The notes below the pieces were generated by a model. That model made no database searches and was not told the DNA's origin. It saw only the letters and a program-made list of their open reading frames with translations. Below, piece after piece: positions 10,736 to 19,661 of a DNA stretch of 63,805 nt. The stretch lies in the NCBI GenBank assembly GCA_001724265.1, contig MEDY01000293.1:1-63805 (forward strand), in the 5' to 3' direction. The DNA is from Rhizaria sp. SCN 62-66. Lineage: Eukaryota. Within the stretch, counting starts at the first letter, position 1. The number at the start of each line of letters is the position of its first letter. A program made the position numbers and the translations under genes.

Positions 10736-12019
10736 TTACGCCTGGTTGTCACTCGCTGCAGCATCAACAACAGCTGTCTCAGTAGTGAGTTTCGCCGCAG
10801 CAGCCACAGTTGCTGCAGTATCAACGGCAATGGCAACAGTACCAGCTGGCGCGACAGCAGCGGTCGCAACAGCAGCGGGCGCGACAGCAGCGGGCGCAAC
10901 CGCGGCGGGCGCGGGCAGCTGCACATCGGCCTCAGCCTCAGCGCCAGCAGCAGTGACGTCAGAGCCGGTGCTGACGCGGGCGCGCTTGATCTTGGGAGCG
11001 CAGTCACCGTCAGCAGCATTGGCCTCAACCTGCGCCTCAGCATTCGCATCAATCGCGTCGGCCGCACTCGCAGTCGCCGTCTCAGCGCCTGTATGGGGCT
11101 CGGCAGCAGTGCTCGCGCCAGTTTGGGCATCAGTTGCAGTCGCCGAGGTGTTCACGCTGTCGCTCATTGCCGCAGATACAGCAACAGCAGCAGCCTCAGC
11201 CTCTGCCTTAGCTTTGGCCTCCGCATCAGCCTTGGCCTTTGCCTCAGCCTCAGCGGCAGCCTTCGGGGCCTTGGCAGCAGCATCAGCCTCCGCCCTTGCA
11301 GCGGCCTCGGCAGCGGCCTCCGCGGCCGCCTTAGCCGCCTTGGCAGCGGCTCGAGCGGCCGCTCGGGCGGCCTCTTTGGCTGCAACGGCGGCCGCGACCT
11401 CGGCCGGGTCCCCGCAGGGCGCGAGCGGCGGGAGCGGGACGCGGCGCACGGCCCCGCAGGCGCGGCAGGCCGTGTGCAGCCAGCGCCCGCCCACCACGCG
11501 CACCGTGGCGCCAGCGCCCGGTAGCAGCAGCGAGGAGCAGCGGCGGCAGTAGGCGCGCTTGACGCCCGCGTCCAGCCGCAGCACCAGGCGGCTCGCGATG
11601 CGGCGCACCGCGGCGCCGTACGTGCGGCTCAGCATTGTCAGCGCGCGGGCACGCGGCGGCTGAGAAGGGACCGTGCGGGTGACTGTGCGGGGCGCTGCGC
11701 GGGCAACGGATGAAGCTGTGGTCCGAGCAGAAGCAGAGACGGAAGCTGGGACAGAGGCGGCGGAGGCGTTAACCGGCCCAGATTTGGTTGCAGCGCTATC
11801 AGTAGCATTGAAAGTAGATGTAGTAGTAGGGGGTTGGGCCACAGAAGCAGCAGGCGTAGTCCCGGGGATCGGTGTGGTGGAAGCGGCAGAGGAAGCTGTG
11901 TGGTATGCGATGTCTGCGATGAGGTGCGAAGCCTGGTGCAGATAGGACATGCGCAGAAAGATTTCGCTCTGCCGAAAAGAAGTAGGGCACGACTTGTGCT
12001 CAACAAACCGCCGTTGCAT
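10736..12019 (-). CDS. RPP21: RNase P/MRP subunit of the Rpr2/Rpp21/SNM1 family, with an S/T/A insert and an Ala/Glu/Lys-rich tail
   Basis: LRMSYLHQASHL, LSRTYGAAVRRIASRLVLRLDAGVKRAYCRRCSSLLLPG and TACRACGAVRR (two CxxC zinc-ribbon pairs). TAA stop. Start codon is uncertain. Confidence 0.82.
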   Translation of the reverse strand: MQRRFVEHKSCPTSFRQSEIFLRMSYLHQASHLIADIAYHTASSAASTTPIPGTTPAASVAQPPTTTSTFNATDSAATKSGPVNASAASVPASVSASARTTASSVARAAPRTVTRTVPSQPPRARALTMLSRTYGAAVRRIASRLVLRLDAGVKRAYCRRCSSLLLPGAGATVRVVGGRWLHTACRACGAVRRVPLPPLAPCGDPAEVAAAVAAKEAARAAARAAAKAAKAAAEAAAEAAARAEADAAAKAPKAAAEAEAKAKADAEAKAKAEAEAAAVAVSAAMSDSVNTSATATDAQTGASTAAEPHTGAETATASAADAIDANAEAQVEANAADGDCAPKIKRARVSTGSDVTAAGAEAEADVQLPAPAAVAPAAVAPAAVATAAVAPAGTVAIAVDTAATVAAAAKLTTETAVVDAAASDNQA

Positions 12020-12485
12020 CGTAGTGAGCTATACAACGGAGTCTGGACACCCTTTTCGTCACTCTTTCGAGTCCGCCATCTCGCCACAGCTCACTCACTG
12101 CGATCGAGCTGGTTGGTCGGTCGGCCGTCCAGATCGCGGCTGAGAAATAGCCGCCCAAAATCAAGCCGCTTGGGATTGAGCTGGCGTGTTTCCTCGTTTA
12201 AATGAGGCTATACGTGCGCGGTTTGAAGTGGAATTTTAATATCATGTTGTTTGGTGCGAGAATAATTTTATAAATCTTGACGTTTCGTATCTCACGTTTC
12301 CGCTCCCATGTTTGCCCTTGGTTTTTGTGTCGCTTGGTGCCTCCTTGTGTCCTTTCAGTCCACACCCGGCGCACCGCCCTACGCACCCCAGACTCGAGAC
12401 TTTCCCGCAGCTTTGACGTGCTTCGCGCGCTTTCCGTGCACGCTTTTCTTTTCCCCGCCCCGGCTCCGCGCGCCCCTGCCGCCCC

Positions 12486-13196
12486 ATGTCTGCAGAGCTG
12501 GGTTCGTACGGGCACACGTTGTCGTCAGGCCACTTTGGCGCTGCGGTCGTGTCGCCGAAGCACGGCGGCCCCGCCCGCAACGAGCGCGCCGCGCTGCAGC
12601 AGGTCGTCCTCACCCTTGACGGCTCCAACAGCTACGCCAACGGGCTGGCCTCGCCCTCACACAACGGCGGCGGCGGCGGCGCGTCGGTCTACTCGGTCGG
12701 TTCCTTCTCGCAGCGCCGCTACCCGCGCAAGTCCGCCGTCCCGGTCCCCGCCGCGCCCGCCACGCCGTCCATCCTCACCGTGCCCGACTTGCACCGCAAA
12801 GGCAAGCGCAAGGAAGTCCGTTGGGTCGACAAGGAGCGCGTGGGCCCGCTCTGTGACTTCGCGCTCGAGGACCCGCAAGAGTTCTCCGGATCAGACTCGG
12901 ACGACGACCTCAGCTCCACCGGCCGCGGCCGCGGAGGCTCTTCGGGCGGCGCGGGTGCGGGCGAGAGCTCGCAGCTGCGCGGCGACAACGCCTCTGCCGA
13001 CGGCGACGACGGCTCCTCGGGGCGCGAGAACTCCACTTCCGGCTCCAGCCGCCGGCGCCGGCGCGTGCGGCAAACGCTCAAGGAGCAGCAGACCAAGCCC
13101 GGCGCCGACGGCAAGGAGGGTAAGGGTGGCGCCGACGCCGAGAACGACCGCGGCGACTGCCGGCAGTGCGAGGACATGACATGTGTCGTCATGTGA
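12486..13196 (+). CDS. 236-aa disordered protein with an RVxF-type motif and C-terminal CaaX box (putative prenylated PP1 regulator)
   Basis: ATG-TGA ORF with GC3-rich codons. Contains SILT...KRKEVRWVD, an acidic SDSDDD stretch, and ends CRQCEDMTCVVM. Confidence 0.7.
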   Translation: MSAELGSYGHTLSSGHFGAAVVSPKHGGPARNERAALQQVVLTLDGSNSYANGLASPSHNGGGGGASVYSVGSFSQRRYPRKSAVPVPAAPATPSILTVPDLHRKGKRKEVRWVDKERVGPLCDFALEDPQEFSGSDSDDDLSSTGRGRGGSSGGAGAGESSQLRGDNASADGDDGSSGRENSTSGSSRRRRRVRQTLKEQQTKPGADGKEGKGGADAENDRGDCRQCEDMTCVVM

Positions 13197-15194
13197 ACGC
13201 TTTCCGCCAGCATCTGTGATGGCCATGCGCGCACTGCTTCGTTGCACTGCGTGTTTGCATGTTGCGTGCGTTCGCGCTCGCTGGGACGCGCGGCTACGTG
13301 CTGCGCTTCTAAACACAGCTGTCTTCGAGTTAACCGGACTGGGCTGATTGACAGACATACCACACATGGTTTGTCGCACAGCTCCCTCTTCTCTGCTATG
13401 ATACGCTGTCTTGCCACTCTCTTAGCCCCTCGGCCTGGCCTGTGTGGCCAGGTGCGATGGCTGCGGCTACGCAACAGCAAGATCAACTACAATTGCTGTC
13501 ACAACCACAGCATTTTTGTTTTAACACTCGCCAATACGTCAACACATCACTACCACGTGTTGCATCGTCATTGCACCGTCACCGACCGTCTTACACCCAC
13601 GGTTATCCTTACCCTACTCACGGTCACAGTCTCTCTGTCGGCCCTGTTCGCAGTCACAGTGACAGCCTCGTAACAGTCGCAGTCTTCCCCGCTGCCCTTC
13701 GCACGCGCGCTGTTCACTGCGGCCGCTAGAGAGCACTAGTACCCACCCCTCCTGCCCCGCGCTACTCTCAGCTCAACTCTGCTCTGCTTTTTGCTTTGCA
13801 CCGCTTCAAGCTTTGCTGCGCCAGTACCTTACTTACTCACATTCTCTCTCTTTCGATTTAAGTCCTACTTGCAAGGTCTTTTTATTGCTTCATAGCTTTT
13901 TCTGTGTTTTCTTTCGTTCAGTTATTCAGATTCACGTTTCCTTTTCACTTGCATTTGCATCGTTTGTTTCGTCATTTTCGTTTTCATTTTTCGTGTTTGT
14001 TTTGTTTTTGCTTTTTAAACAGAAAAAAAGACAAAATAAGAAAGACAAAATCCTTTTTTGTTCTTTGTTCGTGTTGCTTCCGTTCTCTTTGATCATCGCC
14101 TTTTTCGTCCTGGATACCGGTGTTCCTTGTCTCTGTGTCGTGTCGATCGTATGCAGCTGCTGTTAGCCACCACTTCTCATGGCTACTACTGCTTACGGTC
14201 ACAACCACCGTCTTGTTTTCTTCCTTCTTCACCACTGGAAGCCAATTTGAACGTTTGTCTTACTCCTAGCATTGCGTCGTATGATTTAGTTAAGTGTGAG
14301 TGTGTGCGCGAAAGCACCGGTGTGTTGATTAACTATAACAATGCGTACGCGCGTTATGTGTATACTTAGAAGCTTATGTGCCCTGGGCGCCTCTGTGGCA
14401 CCTATGTGAGAGTATTCAACGACGCAAGAGGTGTAATTTCAAACAAGTATCTGTCATTTGCTGCTTTTGTTCTTGTTTGCTCACCGTGACGTTTGTTCAT
14501 GCTCTTCTTGCTTTCTGTGCTTGAAGTCACGCGCACTGTTCTTGTCTGTGCATACTTTATGTGCGTATGTGTGGACGTTTGCGTCTCCGCGTGTGCGTGT
14601 GTGCGCGTGTGCACACACGTCTTCGCTGTCTTCGTGTCTCCGTTATGCGGTGCTTGCTCCTAACATTCAAAAGTCTTTTTATTTTGTCTTCATCTTTTAT
14701 TGTGTCTTTATCTCTGTCTCTTGTCACTCTGTCACTTTTTATTTGTCAATTTGTTGCTTGTCATTCGCGCTTCGTCTGCGCTGTCCCCGTCTCACTCGTT
14801 CCCTTGCAGGATTCGTAACGGCTCAATCCCCCATTTGTCCCCGTTTGTTTTCTTCATTAATATCAGTTTATTTGTAATACTTACACTACATCTTACAAAC
14901 AATACATCACACTGTCACGTGTTTTTCTTCTCTATTCTCAATGATGCGACCTAAGATGGTTCAGTTGTATTCATACAGGCACAATGGCCAGCTTTCAGCA
15001 TTTAAATATAACACTGTTCTTGGCCGCAATGGACGCCGAATACAGTAAATATGCAAAACAGTGCTAGTTGCGCGAAAAACGAGACGCACAGACGGTGAGT
15101 AGTGCAGCGAACTTAATGAGCGCGTGACAGTAACTGGGACTGTGAATGTTTCAAGCGTGACTCAGGTTGAGATTGCGAATCTAGAGCACCAGTC

Positions 15195-16019
15195 TCAGTC
15201 AGAAGCCTTCTTTGCGTCGGTCTTGCTCGCATCAGCATCCGCACCAACTTTCGCGCCACCATTCTCAATCTTAGCCTCGTCCTTAGCCTCAGCCTTAGCC
15301 TCAGCCTTGGCCTCAGCCTCAGCCTTGTCTGCGGTCACAGCCGCAGTCGCCGTCGCAGCAACAGCGGAAGCGTCCTTAGCCGCCTCGGCCTTGCCATCGC
15401 TCTTCACGCTCTCAACGCCATCCTCACTCTCACTGCCATTGCCACTGCCGTCCTTGTCCTTGTTCTGGTCGCTGTCATCGTCGTCATCGTCATCGTCGTC
15501 GTCGTCGCTGTCGGTCTCAACCGACTCTAGCATGCGCATCAACCGCTCCTTGTCCATCATCACCTGCAGAAACGACCCGTCGTTGGCCACCGCGGGCCGC
15601 ACCTTGGCCTCCGCGCGCGCCCTGCTCCGCGCCTCAGCGCGCGCCGCCTTCTTTCGGTCCCGCGTGCGCTGCCGCGCGGCCTCCTCCGCGGCCTCGACGG
15701 CGGCGCGCGCGTCGCGGCGCTGCTGCAGCTCCAGCTTCGCAACGCCCGCGCGCCACTCGCGGTCCATCGCCTCCTGCCTCGCGGCCTCCAGCTGCCGCTG
15801 CTTGCGCAGCGTGTGGAAGTCGCCCGACCCGCCCGCCGCCGTGGACGAGTAGAGCTTGGTGACCTTGAGCTGCTCCAGCGGCGAGAACGGCTTCGCCTCG
15901 GTCGACAGCGGGCCCAGCTGCGCGCGGATTGCCTGCAGCGCCGCGCGCTGCGCGTGCACGTCAGAGGCGTCCGCGGCGCCGGGGGCCGACGGGCCGGCGG
16001 GATGCTGTTGCTGCGACAT
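15195..16019 (-). CDS. PRKRIP1: PRKR-interacting protein 1 (DUF1168)-like splicing factor, 274 aa
   Basis: YSSTAAGGSGDFHTLRKQRQLEAARQEAMD resembles the family motif GSSAGAGSGEFHxYR..RRRE..R...MD. It is followed by a coiled coil, NDGSFL and an acidic tail. TGA stop. Confidence 0.75.
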   Translation of the reverse strand: MSQQQHPAGPSAPGAADASDVHAQRAALQAIRAQLGPLSTEAKPFSPLEQLKVTKLYSSTAAGGSGDFHTLRKQRQLEAARQEAMDREWRAGVAKLELQQRRDARAAVEAAEEAARQRTRDRKKAARAEARSRARAEAKVRPAVANDGSFLQVMMDKERLMRMLESVETDSDDDDDDDDDDDSDQNKDKDGSGNGSESEDGVESVKSDGKAEAAKDASAVAATATAAVTADKAEAEAKAEAKAEAKDEAKIENGGAKVGADADASKTDAKKASD

Positions 16020-16856
16020 CTCTCGGGAAGTGTGCTGTGGGAGTGAAGGGGGCGGACTTCAAGCGGAGAGAACAACGCCTGTAGTGGTGGTGCTCGAGTT
16101 GGCTGTAGAAAGTAACGCGGGATTACAGAAAAAGTAGATAGAGGACTAATCACGAGCGTTGTGAGGTGTGGCCATGGAGAAAGAGAAGAGATTGCCGTTG
16201 GAGGATGTGAGTGAGTGTAAGGAAAGCATCAGGATATGCAACAGAACGATCGTCAAACAAGAAATGGAATTAATAAACAATATAAAAACAAGAGCGGTAA
16301 CGATATGAAGAAGAGATGTAGCGAGAGAGCGTTGATGGCCGACAGGGAGTGTTCAATCTGAGGGTCTCTCGGTGGGCCGACTCAGGAAGCGTCATTGGAG
16401 CCGAGGAGCAAAAGGCAGAAGTTAAACCAAGGATTTTTTCATTACAGCGACGTCTATTCACTCCTGTATAGTATACCAGGATGAAAATAGCACATTCATG
16501 CTTGTTTCGATATTTATACTCCGGATAATGTGCATATGCGCTGTTTCTCGTTCGATTCCACGTCTCCACATCAAAGCTGAGGTGATGGGGACGTGTCCTT
16601 GTCGTATCCCCGCATATCATGCTCTCGCCTGACGTACAACAGACTAAAAACGCACAAGCCATACGATGTTTGTGCTTAAATAACGCTGTCTTATTATGGA
16701 AGCTCTTATCTCGGAACTTTTCCTTGTTGAATCCCTCCTTTCCCCTCAGACCCTCTCAGCCATCAAAGGAGCTCATCAGTCGTCGTTTCCCTCCAGACCG
16801 CGCTCCAACCTCTCCGCCTGAGCTCGCTGCAGCAACTGCACTTCTTGCACGCTCCC

Positions 16857-18581
16857 ATGTCATCCGTCGCCGCCGCCCCTGCCGCAGACGAGAGCGGCCT
16901 CCGCGACCGCCACGCCTCCGCTTCCGCTGCTGCCGCTGCCGCTACTGCTGCTGCTCCTGAAGCTCCTGAGGACAACTCCGACTCTGGGACTGAGTCCGCG
17001 ACTGAGCCCACCAGCACAGCTTCCGCGAAGCAGAGCCAGGTGCAGGTGCCCGAGGCAGAGGAAGAGGAAGAGGCCAAGCGCCCCTCGCCCCCGGGCACGA
17101 GCGCGAACGCAAGCTCAAGCACTGCAGTCGTCTCCGAGCCTTCGTCCCCCGCGTCCCCCGCGTCGCCCGCGTCCCCGTCTTCTGCGCTGTCGCCCGACAC
17201 CCCTGTGCCCGCGACGCTGCAGGAGACGATTGCGCGCCTGCAGCCAGTGCTGGATGACTTCGCGCCGCGCGTGGCTGCCGAGATGGCGGGCCCAGCCGAG
17301 ACACCCGCGGCGCGCGCGCTCTACGCCGAGATCGAGCTCGCGCGGCTAGATTTTGCCGACCTCCCGCTCGTTGACCGCTACGAGTCGCACCACACCGCGC
17401 TTGCCGCCGCCGCCAAGGCGGCCCACAAGAAGCGCGCCGCGTCGCCCGCCGCCGCCGCCGCCGCCGCGGCCGCTGCCGCCGCGCTGTCCGCGTTCGAGGC
17501 GGGCCCTCTCCACCGCGCTGTGGCGCCCGTGTTCGCGGCCTTCGACGCCCTGCGCGTGCGCATGACCGTGCGTCCCGTGCGCGAGCCGCCCCTCTCGCGC
17601 TTCCGCAACGGGCTTTGCGCCGCGCTGTACATGATCATCGTGATCCCGTTCCTGCTGCTGCTGTCGCCCGCGCGCTGGCTGCACCCGCTGCTCCGCGCCG
17701 CGGGCGTCCCCACGCGGCTTCTGCCCACCGACTGGTTCCAGATCCGCTTCTCGCGCGGCGTGCTCGCGTGGGCGGGCGTCGCGGTCGACTGGGCGGGCGT
17801 GGAGCTGCTCGAGGCCGACCGGTCCTACATCGTCATGTACAGCCACCAGTCGTCCTACGACGCCTTCGCCATCACGGCGTCGCCGCTGCCCGTGCGCCTG
17901 ATCGGCAAGACCTCGCTCTTCTTTATTCCGCTGCTGGGCTGGCTCGCCGCGGCCTGGGGCCACATCGCCATTGACCGCGCCAACCTCTCCAAGGCCATCC
18001 AAGCGCTCGACACGGCGCTGCACCAGCTCAAGAGTAACGGCCGCTCGCTCTGCATCGCGCCCGAGGGCACGCGCTCCCCCGTCGGCCGCCTAATCGACTT
18101 TAAGAAGGGCCCCTTCCACACGGCGATGCAGGCGCGCATCCCCGTCGCGCCAGTTCTGCTCATCGGCGCCTCGGACCTCTGGCCCGCGCGCGCGGCGTGC
18201 GGCGCCCGCGGACGCATCGCCGCGCGCGTGCTGCCGCCCATCGCCGTGCGCGACGACGACAACTACCGCTCGCTGCGCGCGCGCGTGCACCGCGCCTGTC
18301 TCCGCGCGTACGCGGAGCCCGTCCCCGCCGACGCAAAGTACGTGTGCTTAGTGTGGAGTGTATCTGCACTCATTTGTGATCGTGGAGTTCATGTAATCGA
18401 GATTGGTTTAAAACGATTTTGCCTTACTAACATCTTGTTTACAAAAAAATTATATTTTCCCCTTTACTTTTGCCCCTTATTGCGACTTTTTAGGCCGATC
18501 ACCAACAGCGTTGTGGACGCCGTTTTGTTCCCTGCGCTAGCCGTCATCACCTACACGCTCATCTACGCCTACGTCTTCTAA
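16857..18581 (+). CDS. 1-acyl-sn-glycerol-3-phosphate acyltransferase (LPAAT/PlsC family), ~522 aa; exons 16857-18337, 18494-18581
   Basis: Acyltransferase motifs SHQSSYD (HX4D), GHIAIDR, IAPEGTRS and FKKGPF. TM helix upstream of the catalytic domain and a C-terminal TM. TAA stop. Confidence 0.9.
   Translation: MSSVAAAPAADESGLRDRHASASAAAAAATAAAPEAPEDNSDSGTESATEPTSTASAKQSQVQVPEAEEEEEAKRPSPPGTSANASSSTAVVSEPSSPASPASPASPSSALSPDTPVPATLQETIARLQPVLDDFAPRVAAEMAGPAETPAARALYAEIELARLDFADLPLVDRYESHHTALAAAAKAAHKKRAASPAAAAAAAAAAAALSAFEAGPLHRAVAPVFAAFDALRVRMTVRPVREPPLSRFRNGLCAALYMIIVIPFLLLLSPARWLHPLLRAAGVPTRLLPTDWFQIRFSRGVLAWAGVAVDWAGVELLEADRSYIVMYSHQSSYDAFAITASPLPVRLIGKTSLFFIPLLGWLAAAWGHIAIDRANLSKAIQALDTALHQLKSNGRSLCIAPEGTRSPVGRLIDFKKGPFHTAMQARIPVAPVLLIGASDLWPARAACGARGRIAARVLPPIAVRDDDNYRSLRARVHRACLRAYAEPVPADAKYVCLVWSVSALICDRGVHVIEIGLKRFCLTNILFTKKLYFPLYFCPLLRLFRPITNSVVDAVLFPALAVITYTLIYAYVF
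18338..18493 (+). other. Spliceosomal intron of LPAAT (156 nt, multiple of 3, no in-frame stop)
   Basis: Donor AA|GTACGT, acceptor CTTTTTAG|G, and an abrupt switch to AT-rich sequence inside the ORF. Confidence 0.8.
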
Positions 18582-19661
18582 GTGAAGCGAGAAGACTTCA
18601 CTGAGAGCCCCGCAACGTGAACGCCCACATCACATGCATCCATGCGGACTATTTGTGTCCGTGCTTTGTCGCATGCTGATTGACCCTAAGAGATAAGAGA
18701 GTGACTGTGTGTCTCCCTCGTTTGTTTCGCAAGTGAGCTGTTGTAATTGTCTTTTTTGACGTTTCTTATTTCTAGTTTCTATTTTTCAGTCGATTTTTTA
18801 TCCATGGTTTCTTTTCTTGTCGTATTTACAGTCGCATACACCGATATACATGCTATACACATTTCTCAGCGCCTGGTAAAGTCTGTTGCAAGACCATGTG
18901 TACGCGGGCGGCGGCATATCGAGCGTAACTAAGTGAATGCGAAAACAAAGTTGCTGGTATAAGTCGTGTTTCACTGACAACATTCTACTAGCCTAGTTAC
19001 ACAAAAAATACTATTTTATACCTCTATTCAAGTAGAGTACTACAAGGACAGTTCTTAGACACAAACTTTCACAGAGATAACTTCTTTACAACTGCACGGA
19101 CTTTGCACGCGTACATGATGTTTGGGTTGCGGCGGCTGGAGCTCACAGTCGGTTTCGGTCGTCGATCGGTTCGCGGTCGGTAGATTTGGCGTCATGACCT
19201 GAGAAGGTTGATCGGAACATCTAACTTCTTCTGAGAAGAAGGCGTTAATGGAAATTTCTGCGCGATGCGTGATTTTAGACATAACGGGTCACATGATTTT
19301 AATTTCCGCATGTGTTTTGGCGCGATATGCAGCGATATTTCAGCTGTTTCATTTTTCGCGGGTCAGTGAGACTTGGCGGCACATCAACTGCGCGAGTCTC
19401 CTCGCACACCTCTTTATCAACGCCATATTCGAATAACGCGAATATCTTGCGACGCCTTCGACACTTTTCTTTCAATTCATCTGGTTTGTTTTGAATTAAC
19501 CCATGTTCTTTACCACTATATCCATCTTTCCAGTTTGTCACATCAACACCCTTCTGATATCCAGACTCACCTTTACTTCTTTTCCCGCGTCGCCCCCTAC
19601 AATTTCTATCTTTTCTCACTGCTTTACTTTCCTGCGCCACAAAAACAGCAGCCTCACCGGA

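Noticed and set aside
12029-12031. TAG in frame four codons upstream of the RPP21 ATG, as a second readthrough case
   Set aside because: An in-frame TGA lies ten codons further upstream with no intervening ATG, and the peptide is not recognisable. It gives no support either way.
13813-14954. Phe/Leu/Cys-rich ORFs in the T-rich spacer
   Set aside because: They are by-products of T-rich low-complexity DNA and lack the GC3 bias of the real genes.
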